This document shows, one piece after another, positions 28,085 through 37,193 of a stretch of 39,029 bases of DNA. Source of the DNA: Candidatus Margulisiibacteriota bacterium. Lineage in GTDB: Bacteria > Margulisbacteria > Termititenacia > Termititenacales > Termititenacaceae. The stretch spans positions 1 to 39,029 of the forward strand of contig JAIRZV010000126.1 in NCBI GenBank assembly GCA_031267055.1. Reading direction: 5' to 3'. A model generated the notes under the pieces. The model was not told where the DNA came from and did no database searches. It saw only the letters and a list, made by a program, of their open reading frames with translations. Position numbers and translations under genes: made by a program. Numbering within the stretch: the first letter of the stretch is position 1; each line of letters starts with the position of its first letter.

Positions 28085-28531
28085 TTAATTTGCTTCCGGC
28101 GCCAGACATTCCACGCGCAGCGGAAAAGAATTGGCCTCCTGCACGACAAAAACACTTTCTGCATTGCTCTGCGTATAAGTGTCGCGCGTAAAAACTACCC
28201 AGAACAAATATTGGCCCAGCGCCGTGTAATCGTCGGTTTGAATAGTCCAGGCATATTCTTGAAAAGAATTCGGCTCCAGCCGCAGTTCAGTTTTTTGCTT
28301 GAGGCTGTCCAGCATTTGCCGGTAATCATACTGCCGGCCATCGTCCGGACACCGCTCGAGATAATAAGAAACAGTTATTTTCTCCGGCTGCTCCGTGGGA
28401 TTATTCAAGATGACAGAATGTTTGGCGCTGCCGCCGCGCGGCAAACGCACCAATTCCTGCGGTCCTTTGAGGTCCAGAGCCGCGGCCAGAGACAGCAAAA
28501 AACACAGGGCACAAAATTTACGCAAAATCAC
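28085..28531 (-). CDS. hypothetical secreted protein (148 aa)
   Basis: It has an N-terminal signal-like segment MILRKFCALCFLLSLAAALD and a 4-nt overlap with the upstream yqeG-like gene. I recognise no family motif. Confidence 0.5.
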   Translation of the reverse strand: MILRKFCALCFLLSLAAALDLKGPQELVRLPRGGSAKHSVILNNPTEQPEKITVSYYLERCPDDGRQYDYRQMLDSLKQKTELRLEPNSFQEYAWTIQTDDYTALGQYLFWVVFTRDTYTQSNAESVFVVQEANSFPLRVECLAPEAN

Positions 28532-29055
28532 ACCTGCCTTTGGATCAATTTTTCTAAAAATGCCGCGCGGGTCCGCCGCAGCAAACTGACGCGCTGTTCG
28601 ATTATAACAGGCTGATCGCTATCTTTAACCAGCACGGCATAAAAACCTAAAAATCTGGCCGGCAAAACGTCAGACCAAAGTGCGCCGCCAGCCAGAGCAC
28701 ATTCCGCCGGACGCGCGCCGTATTCGGCCAGCACAGCTTTAAATCCGCTTAATAATGGTTTGAGCAAAGCGTAATAAACCGGCGTGTGCAAAACGGCAGA
28801 AAGCCTCGTCAGCCGCGCGCGGTCTAAACTACCGGAGATCAAAACTGTTTGAAAAGGATAAGTTTTTAATTGCTCAAACCAGTAAATCATGCGCAGGGAC
28901 GGCTCGGCGCTGTCCGGCGGCAAGACGGCGTTGTCCGCGTCGATCAACAACAATTTAACGCCACGCGCGGCCAGGCTTTGCAAATTGAGCGCCAGAATAT
29001 CGTCGAGATATTCTTCGGGAGTTAAAAATTCACGCAACGTTTCTTTAATAGCCAT
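28528..29055 (-). CDS. HAD-IIIA family phosphatase, YqeG-like
   Basis: 175 aa. HAD motif I is LLLIDADNAV. The size and overall pattern fit YqeG-type phosphatases. Confidence 0.55.
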   Translation of the reverse strand: MAIKETLREFLTPEEYLDDILALNLQSLAARGVKLLLIDADNAVLPPDSAEPSLRMIYWFEQLKTYPFQTVLISGSLDRARLTRLSAVLHTPVYYALLKPLLSGFKAVLAEYGARPAECALAGGALWSDVLPARFLGFYAVLVKDSDQPVIIEQRVSLLRRTRAAFLEKLIQRQV

Positions 29056-29070
29056 AGGCCTAACGGTCCG

Positions 29071-29937
29071 TTAAGCGGCTTTTCTAAACACAGCATAGAG
29101 CGGCGCCGCCAAAAATACCGATGAATAAGTGCCGGCGGCAAAACCGATAAACATAGTCAGGGCAAAATTTTTGATGCTGGCGCCGCCGAAAATATAAACC
29201 GCCAGCACCGCGAGCATAGTCGTAAACGAAGTCATAATACAACGCCCTAGCACACTGTGCAGAGAAGCGTTGGCCACCGCCGCAAAATCCGGCTGCTGCA
29301 CGGACTGCAGATTTTCGCGCACGCGGTCAAAAATAATAATCGTGGCGTTGATCGAATAACCGACAATAGTCAAAACCGCCGCGATCATCGAGAGATTGAA
29401 ATCCAGCCGCAGAAAAGACACCACGCCCAGCGTGACCAGCACATCATGGAGCAAACACAGCACCGCCGCCAACCCGGTCCAAAACTCAAAGCGGAAAGTG
29501 ATGTAAATCAACATGCCGGATAAAACCAGGACGATCAAAATCAGAGCCTGTCTGGAAAGATCACTGCCTGCTGACGCGCCGATATTCTCAAAACTCAAAA
29601 GTTCATAATGCCCAAAATTTTCCTGCAGGATTCCGCTGAATTGCTCGCGCTGCTCGTCAGACATTTCTATAGTTTTCAGCCGAAAATTTTCTTGAGCGGA
29701 ATTTTGCGCTTGAATAGTGGTAATATCCACTCTCTCGCCGCTCAATTTGGCGCGCAGCTCCGTCAGCGCGACCGGCTGCGCAAAACGGACAACCCACACT
29801 GTGCCGCCAGTAAAGTCAATGCCCAGATTAAAAACCTGGCCGGTAGTCTGCCAATTAAAAATAAAAACAGCCAGACTGGCGGCAATAAACAGGCCGCCCA
29901 GCGCAAACCACAATTTGCTCCACTTCATAAAACTCAT
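29071..29937 (-). CDS. secF: protein translocase subunit SecF
   Basis: 288 aa and polytopic. It has GIDFTGGT near the N-terminus and IVGYSINATIIIFDRVRE. It overlaps the secD stop by 4 nt. Confidence 0.9.
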   Translation of the reverse strand: MSFMKWSKLWFALGGLFIAASLAVFIFNWQTTGQVFNLGIDFTGGTVWVVRFAQPVALTELRAKLSGERVDITTIQAQNSAQENFRLKTIEMSDEQREQFSGILQENFGHYELLSFENIGASAGSDLSRQALILIVLVLSGMLIYITFRFEFWTGLAAVLCLLHDVLVTLGVVSFLRLDFNLSMIAAVLTIVGYSINATIIIFDRVRENLQSVQQPDFAAVANASLHSVLGRCIMTSFTTMLAVLAVYIFGGASIKNFALTMFIGFAAGTYSSVFLAAPLYAVFRKAA

Positions 29938-31292
29938 ACGGCCTCCCTTTGCGTCTTGGGCTGCAAAAATTTCAGCTGATAAAGATTTTGCATGAACAGT
30001 CTGGTCACCACCAGCGCGGTAAACATCGAAAGCAGCGTGCCGACAAACAAGGTCACGGCAAAACTCTGTATCGCTTTGGTGCCCTGCCAGTAGAGAAAAA
30101 CCGCCGCCAGTATTGTCGTGACATTGCCGTCCAAAATCGCCGACAGCGATTTGTTAAAAGCGTTGTCGATAGCGGAGAGCAGCGGCAAACCACCGCGCAA
30201 TTCTTCTTTGAGCCGCTCGTAAATAACCACATTGGCATCTACGGCCATGCCGATAGAGAGGATCAGACCGGCAATGCCGGGCAGGGTCAACGTGGCGTTC
30301 AGCAGGATCAAGACCGCAAAGACCAGTGCGATGTAAACCAACAAAGCCAGATCCGCCAGCAAACCATTGAGCCGGTAAACCAAAAGCATGGCCGCCGCCA
30401 CCAAAAGCAAAGCGACAACTCCGGCAAATTTCGACTGGTCAATGGCGTCTTTGCCGAGCGTGGGGCCGACCACTTCGTTATTCAGCACCTCGATCGGCAC
30501 CGGCAGAGAACCAGCGCGCAACTTGATGACCAAATCCTGCATCTCCGCCACGCTAAACGAGCCGGAGATCTGCGCGCGTCCGCCGGAAATCGGCTCATTG
30601 ACATTGGGCGCGGAAATGATCTTGCCGTCGAGCAGTATAGCCAGCGGCCGGCCTACCGAGCGCAAAGTGGCGGTATAAAATTTACGCGCGCCTTCCGTAT
30701 TGAATTCCAGAGCCACCACCGGCCGGCCAAATTCATCGGTCGAAGGGTTGGCCGCTTTGAGATCATTGCCGGCCATTATCGTGCGACGCAAAATAATTTG
30801 ATCTTCGTGACTAATTTCGCCTCTATTATTGTAGCGCGGCACTGTGGCCAACTCGCCGTCGCCCAAAAAATCCTGCCGCTCTTTTTCCGAAAGCAGCGAG
30901 AGATCGCCGGGCACCCACTCCGCTTCTTTGAATTCCAAAAGCGCGGTGGATTTGATCAGCTCCAAAATCCGCGCGTTTTCCGCGGCGCTGGCGCCGGGGA
31001 TTTCCACCACCACTTGATCGCCGCCGCGCGAATAAACCGCGGTCTCGGCCACACCCAAACCATTAATGCGATTCTCGATCACGCTGATAATGCCATTCAG
31101 TACATCGGCAGTAATTGTTTTGATTTCCGCCGTCGGCTTGGCGCGCAAAACCACGCTTGTGCCGCCCTGTAAATCCAGACCAAGCTTGATTTTCCACTGC
31201 GGCGTCAGGGTCGGCGAGATTATCCACAGCGCCGCCAGAAAAATCACCAGTATCAGGGAAAACAATATTTTGTTTAGAGTTGCCTTGTCCAT
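29934..31292 (-). CDS. secD: protein translocase subunit SecD
   Basis: 452 aa, with LGLDLQGGTSVVL, a periplasmic domain, and the C-terminal six-TM bundle containing IGMAVDANVVIYERLKEE. Confidence 0.9.
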   Translation of the reverse strand: MDKATLNKILFSLILVIFLAALWIISPTLTPQWKIKLGLDLQGGTSVVLRAKPTAEIKTITADVLNGIISVIENRINGLGVAETAVYSRGGDQVVVEIPGASAAENARILELIKSTALLEFKEAEWVPGDLSLLSEKERQDFLGDGELATVPRYNNRGEISHEDQIILRRTIMAGNDLKAANPSTDEFGRPVVALEFNTEGARKFYTATLRSVGRPLAILLDGKIISAPNVNEPISGGRAQISGSFSVAEMQDLVIKLRAGSLPVPIEVLNNEVVGPTLGKDAIDQSKFAGVVALLLVAAAMLLVYRLNGLLADLALLVYIALVFAVLILLNATLTLPGIAGLILSIGMAVDANVVIYERLKEELRGGLPLLSAIDNAFNKSLSAILDGNVTTILAAVFLYWQGTKAIQSFAVTLFVGTLLSMFTALVVTRLFMQNLYQLKFLQPKTQREAV

Positions 31293-31301
31293 CGCGCCCC
31301 C

Positions 31302-32384
31302 TCAAATCTCGTCATTTAAAATTTTTCGCCGCAAATCACGCATTAAGTTTACCAAATAACGAATATTATGAATAGTCATTAGAACGATCGCCAAAATTTC
31401 TTTGGCCTGCGCGAGATGCCGGATATAGGCGCGCGAAAAATTCCGGCAGGCGTAACAGTCACAACTCTCGACCAATGGCGTCAAATCCGCGGCATATTTG
31501 GCGTTGAGAATGTTTTCCGGCCCGTCCGGCGCAAAAAAAGTATTGTGTCTGGCCAGACGAGTCGGCAGCACCGCGTCAAACATGTCGATGCCAAAAGGCA
31601 CACATTGTAATAAATTTTGTGGCAGGCCGACACCCATCAAATAACGCGGTTTGTCCGGCGGCAGCAGAGCGGCTGTGTATTGCGCCACGCGGTACAGGTC
31701 TTCTGCCGGCTCGCCCACCGACACGCCACCGATAGCATAGCCGGCAAAATCCAGAGCGCGTAAATATTCCGCCGACTCCCGCCGCAAATCCTCATGCAGA
31801 CCGCCCTGCACTATGCCAAAGAGCGCTTGAACTTGGTGATTTCGTTCAGCAGAAGTAAAATGATCCAGCGCGCGTTTTTCCCAGTCCAGAGTCAGGCGCA
31901 GATCTGCCGCGATTTTCTTTTTGGCGGCGGTGTGCGACGAACAAACATCGAGCGGCATCATAATATCCGAACCGAGTTGCCGCTGAATGTCCACGACCAG
32001 CTCCGGCGTAAATTTATGTTTGGCGCCGCCGTCAAACGGCGAGCGAAATTCCACGCCGTCCTGAGATATTTGGCGCAGTTTGGCCAGCGAAAAAACCTGA
32101 AAGCCGCCAGAATCAGTCAAAATCGGTTTGTCCCAGTGCATGAATTTATGCAAACCGCCGGCGCGGGCGATCAAGTCCGCGCCCGGACGCAAAAACAAAT
32201 GATAGGTGTTGCTCAAAATTATCTGCGCGCCCTGCTCCGCGACCAGCTCCGGCGTCAGCGCCTTGACCGTGCCAAGCGTGCCCACCGGCATAAAAACCGG
32301 CGTTTCGATGACGCCATGCGCCGTTTCCAGCAAACCGGCGCGGGCTGACGATTTTTTGGATTGTTTCAGGACAGTAAATTTCAT
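31302..32384 (-). CDS. tgt: queuine tRNA-ribosyltransferase
   Basis: 360 aa, with TPVFMPVGTLGTVK, TDSGGFQVFS and the zinc site CDCYACRNFSRAYIRH. Confidence 0.92.
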   Translation of the reverse strand: MKFTVLKQSKKSSARAGLLETAHGVIETPVFMPVGTLGTVKALTPELVAEQGAQIILSNTYHLFLRPGADLIARAGGLHKFMHWDKPILTDSGGFQVFSLAKLRQISQDGVEFRSPFDGGAKHKFTPELVVDIQRQLGSDIMMPLDVCSSHTAAKKKIAADLRLTLDWEKRALDHFTSAERNHQVQALFGIVQGGLHEDLRRESAEYLRALDFAGYAIGGVSVGEPAEDLYRVAQYTAALLPPDKPRYLMGVGLPQNLLQCVPFGIDMFDAVLPTRLARHNTFFAPDGPENILNAKYAADLTPLVESCDCYACRNFSRAYIRHLAQAKEILAIVLMTIHNIRYLVNLMRDLRRKILNDEI

Positions 32385-32584
32385 AAATTAAGCCGGAATT
32401 ATACTAATAAAAGGGCTGTCTTAAAAGCTGTGAAACATTAGTAGACAGATAACGTCTCACCCGGCAGGCAGTGTTCTCACCATAACGGCATTATCATAGC
32501 AATCTAGCCTGTTAAGTTTACAAAAAAATAGCAATACTATAATATAAGCTCGATATATTTAGAGAGGTATAAAAAATAAAACCC

Positions 32585-33550
32585 ATGCGCGTCCTATCAG
32601 GAATACAACCTTCCGGCATTTTGCATATCGGTAATTATCTGGGCATGATGCGGCAAATGGTGGAGTTGCAGGCCGGACACGAGTTGTTTTGTTTTATCGC
32701 CGATCTGCACGCCATGACCTCACTCAACCGTGGCGATGCTCTGCGCACCAATACGCTCAAGGCCGCGCTGGATTTTTTGGCGCTGGGCATTGACCCTGAA
32801 AAAGCGGTTTTTTGGGTGCAGTCCACTGTGCCGGAGATCAATGAATTGACCTGGTATTTGAGCAATGTCACGCCGGTCGGTTTGTTGGAGCGCTGTCATT
32901 CCTACAAAGACAAGCTAGCCAAAGGTTTGCCAGCCAACGCCGGCCTGCTGAATTATCCGGCGCTGATGGCCGCAGACATACTCGCTGTGCAGAGCGACAT
33001 AGTGCCGGTCGGCAAAGATCAAAAACAACATCTGGAGGTCACGCGCGACATCGCCCTAAAATTTAACAATGAATTTGGCGAGACTTTCAAAGTGCCGGAC
33101 GCGCTGATCAAAGAAGAGGTCGCTATCGTGCCCGGCACGGACGGTCAGAAAATGTCCAAATCTTACGGCAACACCATTGAGATTTTCGGCGAGGAAAAAA
33201 TTATCCGCAAACAGGTAATGAGCATTGTTACAGACTCCACGCCGCTGGAACAGCCGAAAAATCCCGAGACTTGCAATGTTTTCAAAATTTACGCGCTCTT
33301 TGCCGCGCCGGAGCAAAAAGCGGAAATGGCGCAAAAATACCGCGCTGGCGGCTTCGGCTACGGCGACGCCAAAAAAGAAACTTTTGCCCTGCTCTGGGAA
33401 TATTTCCGGCCGCACCGCGAGCGGCGCGCCGAGCTGGCTCAAAATCTCGACACGGTAAAAAAAATCTTGCAAAAAGGTACGGACAAAGCCCGCGCGGAAA
33501 TAATGAAAACGCTCAAATTGGTAAGAGAAAAAACAGGCGCGTTTTTATGA
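32585..33550 (+). CDS. trpS: tryptophan--tRNA ligase
   Basis: 321 aa. The class-I signatures are GILHIGNYLG (HIGH-type) and QKMSKSYGN (KMSKS). Confidence 0.92.
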   Translation: MRVLSGIQPSGILHIGNYLGMMRQMVELQAGHELFCFIADLHAMTSLNRGDALRTNTLKAALDFLALGIDPEKAVFWVQSTVPEINELTWYLSNVTPVGLLERCHSYKDKLAKGLPANAGLLNYPALMAADILAVQSDIVPVGKDQKQHLEVTRDIALKFNNEFGETFKVPDALIKEEVAIVPGTDGQKMSKSYGNTIEIFGEEKIIRKQVMSIVTDSTPLEQPKNPETCNVFKIYALFAAPEQKAEMAQKYRAGGFGYGDAKKETFALLWEYFRPHRERRAELAQNLDTVKKILQKGTDKARAEIMKTLKLVREKTGAFL

Positions 33551-34095
33551 ACATAGTCCAGACTGCTTTTTCCGGTTTGTGTATTATCGAGCCAAAAGTT
33601 TTCCCCGATGAGCGCGGTTTTTTTTACGAAAGTTATAATCAAAAAGTTTTGGCCGCGGCGGGTTTAAGCACTGTCTTTGTACAGGACAATCATTCCCGTT
33701 CTGTCAAAGGCGCTTTGCGCGGTTTGCATTTTCAAAAAGGCGATTCAGCCCAAACCAAGCTGGTACGCTGCACGCTGGGCGAGGTTTACGACGTGGTCGT
33801 TGATCTGCGGCGCGGCTCACCGACTTTTAAACAATGGCTGGGTGTCACGCTCTCGGCGGAGAATAAAAAACAATTTTTTATACCCAAAGGTTTTGCTCAC
33901 GGCTTCGTCGTGCTTTCGGACCTTGCGGAGTTCCAGTATAAATGCGACGCGCCTTACGCGCCACAGGCCGAGGCCGGCATTCTCTGGAATGATCCGGACT
34001 TAAAAATCGACTGGCCGATCGCCGCACCAATCATTTCAGCCAAAGACCGGCAAAATCCGCAGCTCAAAGATTTGCCGCCAGATTGTTTTTTCTAA
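33547..34095 (+). CDS. rfbC: dTDP-4-dehydrorhamnose 3,5-epimerase
   Basis: The ATG at 33547 overlaps the trpS stop (ATGA). It is a 182-aa cupin with FPDERGFFYESYN, LRGLHFQ, AQTKLVRC and FIPKGFAHGF. The longer track ORF from 33271 is an out-of-frame overlap with trpS. Confidence 0.88.
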   Translation: MNIVQTAFSGLCIIEPKVFPDERGFFYESYNQKVLAAAGLSTVFVQDNHSRSVKGALRGLHFQKGDSAQTKLVRCTLGEVYDVVVDLRRGSPTFKQWLGVTLSAENKKQFFIPKGFAHGFVVLSDLAEFQYKCDAPYAPQAEAGILWNDPDLKIDWPIAAPIISAKDRQNPQLKDLPPDCFF

Positions 34096-34120
34096 TAAGT
34101 TGAGCGCAGACAAATATTTT

Positions 34121-34229
34121 GAGAGCGAATATTTTGCCGTAAGCGCGTTTTGGCTCGAACTTAACAAGCGGTGCAGCTGCGAAGTTAAGTGAGAGGCCAC
34201 GGCGCGCGGCGGCAAAGATATTCGCTCGA
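34121..34229. repeat. extragenic palindromic element, copy B (109 nt, inverted relative to copy A)
   Basis: The reverse complement matches 25817..25926 almost base for base in both arms. The apical segment differs but is itself self-complementary (GCAGCTGC here vs GGCTA....TAGCC in copy A). It fills the gap between the convergent rfbC and deacetylase genes. Confidence 0.8.
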
Positions 34230-34234
34230 ATCCA

Positions 34235-34999
34235 TTATAGTCGCGAGGGTAGAGATATTTGCCGCAAAAGTTCCTCAGCTAAAGTGTTGTCATGCACTCT
34301 AAACACACGCAAAGTATGCGGCTCGGTGTCAAGCTTGCCCAGGCCGGGGCGCGTCGTCCGCGCGTACAAATAACCGCTGTTCTTGACCAGCCGGCGCACA
34401 TCGGCATTGACCCGTCCGGAAGGATAACAAAAAGAAATTACTTTTTTACCCAATAAATCTTCCAAAAATTTTTTGCTTTCCGCGATCTCCTTTTTGCAAT
34501 TCGTCAGAGACAGTGCGGTCAGATCAGGATGCGAAATACTATGCGAGCCGACTTCCATGCCGCCGCGCGCCATTTCTCGCAGCTGCACAGGGGTCAAATG
34601 CCGACCGTCGCCCAGATAGCGTGTCGTCACAAAAAACACCGCTTTTTGCTTTCGCCGCCGCAGTATCTCGTAAGCTACATAGGCATCCTGATAGCCGTCA
34701 TCTATAGTTAGCATCACCGGCCTGGCCGGAATCTGGCCGCGCGCGATGTCCTCAAACGTAACTGTCTGATAGCCAGCCTGCAAAAAAGCCTCGACATGCC
34801 GCGTAAAAGTTTCCGGCGCGCAGGACAGATCGCGCAGCGTGGCTGAGTCCGATGGCTGCGGCTGGCGAATATGGTGATACATAATGATCGGGATTGGCGG
34901 AGCCGCCACGCCCGCACCCAGTAGCGCCAATAAAAATAAAATTATTTTAACCGAACGCAATTTGTTTCCTTTTGGATTTTTCTGAAGATATTTTAGCAT
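34235..34999 (-). CDS. polysaccharide deacetylase (NodB homology domain), membrane-anchored
   Basis: 254 aa. It has the N-terminal anchor IILFLLALLGAGVAA and the NodB motifs LTIDDGYQDAY and GSHSISHPDL. Confidence 0.8.
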   Translation of the reverse strand: MLKYLQKNPKGNKLRSVKIILFLLALLGAGVAAPPIPIIMYHHIRQPQPSDSATLRDLSCAPETFTRHVEAFLQAGYQTVTFEDIARGQIPARPVMLTIDDGYQDAYVAYEILRRRKQKAVFFVTTRYLGDGRHLTPVQLREMARGGMEVGSHSISHPDLTALSLTNCKKEIAESKKFLEDLLGKKVISFCYPSGRVNADVRRLVKNSGYLYARTTRPGLGKLDTEPHTLRVFRVHDNTLAEELLRQISLPSRL

Positions 35000-35129
35000 T
35001 ATAGATTATAAAAAATTAAACGGCCAAAAAATTTTGCAACACTTACCAAAAAGTTACGATATATTATTAACCAGGAGCTTGTAAAAACAGACATACTGAT
35101 AAAATTTTAAGATATAAGGAATTAAAAAA

Positions 35130-35957
35130 ATGCAAACTAAAATCATCTCAGACGCTCTTTCTAAGCTTAAAAAAAGTGTCGAGTATTGTAGATATATAGA
35201 ACCCGCCCTGTGGAAAAATGAAAAATTTGTCTTTGCTGCGTTTAAACAAATTGGTAGCCATGCGCTTGGTTTTGCCCATGATAGTCTTCGCAAAGATAAA
35301 AAATTTATGCTGAAAGTGGCCAAAATAGACTGGTCCGCGTTTCAATACGCTGATTGGAGTCTGAAAGATAGCAGAGAGTTTATGCTGGAAGTGGTCAAAA
35401 AAACAAACCCGCACGTGTTTGAGTATGCCAGTTATTACCTGCAAAGAAATGAAAAGTTTATATTGGAACTACTAAAAGAATATGATATATGCATACTTAA
35501 ATATGCCGCTGACGAGCTGAAAATGGACTACTATTTTATGTTGAATGCGGTCACGCAAAATTTGCGTGCACTCCAGTTCGCCGATGACAGGCTAAAAAAA
35601 GATAGCAGATTTATGCTGAACGCAATAAAAATAAACTGGCGTGCGCTTAAATATGCCGCTGACAACCTGAAAAAAGACAGCGCGCTTGTTCTAGAAGCGG
35701 CCAAACAAGACGAAAACGCGCTTCAATTCGCTGATGACAGCCTAAAAGAAGATAGAAAATTTATGCTGGATATAGTCAAAATAAACTGGCTCGCACTTGT
35801 GTTCGCCCATGACAATCTAAAAAAAGATATGACGTTTATGTTGGACGCGTCTAGCTTAAATTGGCAGGCGTTTGCGTTTGCGCAGGACAGCCTGATAAAA
35901 AATAAAAAGTTTATGCACATCATCAATGAAATAATAAAACGGCAGGATATACCATAG
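35130..35957 (+). CDS. DUF4116 repeat protein
   Basis: 275 aa, built of about 9.5 tandem ~25-aa units of the form L(K/R)KD..FML.A.K.N..AL.FA.D.L (e.g. LKKDSRFMLNAIKINWRALKYAADN and LKEDRKFMLDIVKINWLALVFAHDN). The repeats are also visible at DNA level. The gene is low in GC. Confidence 0.75.
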   Translation: MQTKIISDALSKLKKSVEYCRYIEPALWKNEKFVFAAFKQIGSHALGFAHDSLRKDKKFMLKVAKIDWSAFQYADWSLKDSREFMLEVVKKTNPHVFEYASYYLQRNEKFILELLKEYDICILKYAADELKMDYYFMLNAVTQNLRALQFADDRLKKDSRFMLNAIKINWRALKYAADNLKKDSALVLEAAKQDENALQFADDSLKEDRKFMLDIVKINWLALVFAHDNLKKDMTFMLDASSLNWQAFAFAQDSLIKNKKFMHIINEIIKRQDIP

Positions 35958-36013
35958 CCAAAAACAAGCAACCACTTATACCCTCATTATCCTTGCCATG
36001 CTAAAATAATCAC

Positions 36014-37087
36014 GTGGGGCGTAAATTTCTCTTTTTTTTCTGTTTATGTCAGTTTGTTTTAGCTGCGGAAATTAGCGGTGGCGGCCAATTCACCGGCTGG
36101 TTAAATCTGCCGGATCAAGAAAAAGCCGAATTTGGCCTGCGTTATATACCGGAATTTTTTTGGTCGGCGCCGGAATACGCGCTGGACCTCGATCTCGCGC
36201 TCAACGGCAGCCTGACTTCCGGCGCGGACAGCAAATTAAAAATCCACCGACTCTGGACGCGCTGGAGCGACGCGCAAGTGGAAGCGCGTTTCGGCCTGCA
36301 AAAAATAAATTTCGGTTCGGCGACTTTGTTCCGGCCTTTGCAATGGTTTGACACGCTGGACCCGCTTGATCCGCTGGGCTTTACGGAAAGCGTCAAGGGT
36401 TTGCTGATCCGCTACTACCTGCCCAACAACGCCAATTTTTGGCTGTGGGGTCTTTACGGCAACGAAGAGTTGAAAGGCTCGGAAATAATCCCGACTAAAA
36501 AACAGGATTTAGAATTCGGCGGACGTTTGCAGTTGCCGGTATTCAACGGCGAGGCCGGACTGACCTATCATCAGCGCCGCCTGGATTTGGGCAGAAGCCA
36601 GACTTTTTCGATACTGTCCGACGAAATAGCGCCGGAGCGACGTGTGGGTCTGGACGGCAAATGGGATCTCGGCATCGGCTTTTGGTTTGAAGCCGCGCAT
36701 ATCGCCGCGGACATTGACAATGACAATAAATTTTTAAACGATTTAAAAAATCAATATCATTCTACGCTCGGCGCGGACTATACTTTTGACCTCGGCAACG
36801 GCCTGCATGTTTTAATCGAGAAATATAATCTCGACACCGATATTTACCGCGCCGACCGCAATCACAACACGCAGGCCACCGGTGTGCTGGCCGATTATCC
36901 GGTCAGTTTGTACGACACGGTCAGTGTTATTCAATATTATGCCGCCAAAAATGACAGCCTGTCGTTGCGCTGGCAGCGGACTTATGACGACTGGGTCTGG
37001 CAGTTTTTGGCTACAGCCGCGCCGGACTACACGGCGGAGAAAAAAACCACCGGCGCGCTGCAAGTTTTGATAAGTTATAATTACTAA
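36014..37087 (+). CDS. predicted outer-membrane beta-barrel protein, family unknown
   Basis: GTG start. The signal peptide is MGRKFLFFFCLCQFVLA/AE. There are many alternating hydrophobic beta-strand-like segments (VEARFGLQKINFG, VGLDGKWDLGIGFWFEAAHI, LGADYTFDLGNGLHVLIE). The C-terminus LQVLISYNY ends in an aromatic residue, as is typical for OMP barrels. Confidence 0.5.
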   Translation: MGRKFLFFFCLCQFVLAAEISGGGQFTGWLNLPDQEKAEFGLRYIPEFFWSAPEYALDLDLALNGSLTSGADSKLKIHRLWTRWSDAQVEARFGLQKINFGSATLFRPLQWFDTLDPLDPLGFTESVKGLLIRYYLPNNANFWLWGLYGNEELKGSEIIPTKKQDLEFGGRLQLPVFNGEAGLTYHQRRLDLGRSQTFSILSDEIAPERRVGLDGKWDLGIGFWFEAAHIAADIDNDNKFLNDLKNQYHSTLGADYTFDLGNGLHVLIEKYNLDTDIYRADRNHNTQATGVLADYPVSLYDTVSVIQYYAAKNDSLSLRWQRTYDDWVWQFLATAAPDYTAEKKTTGALQVLISYNY

Positions 37088-37193
37088 ACTAAAAAGGATA
37101 AACATATAACGAAATTGAATTGCATTTGCTGTTTTCAATATGATATGATACATATAATAGGTATGTTACAATTATTTAACAAAGGGGGGTTCT

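Noticed and set aside
29949-31172. 407-aa plus-strand ORF antisense to secD. Similar long antisense ORFs lie in prfC (5033..5611), the Na/Pi gene (8870..9511), tgt (31794..32348), and the ybaB / hypothetical-protein / yqeG-like gene block (27977..28615).
   Set aside because: The opposite-strand genes have unambiguous family motifs. The antisense translations are Arg/Gln/His-rich nonsense typical of shadow frames.
32385-32584. Possible T-box leader upstream of trpS.
   Set aside because: There is no T-box consensus (AANNNGGGTGGNACCGCG-like) and no specifier-loop/terminator-antiterminator arrangement. The region is simply AT-rich promoter-like DNA.
33271-33546. N-terminal 92-aa extension of the rfbC track ORF (starting 33271).
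   Set aside because: This part overlaps trpS out of frame and is Arg/Ala-rich junk. RmlC-like sequence begins exactly at the ATG at 33547, which overlaps the trpS stop.
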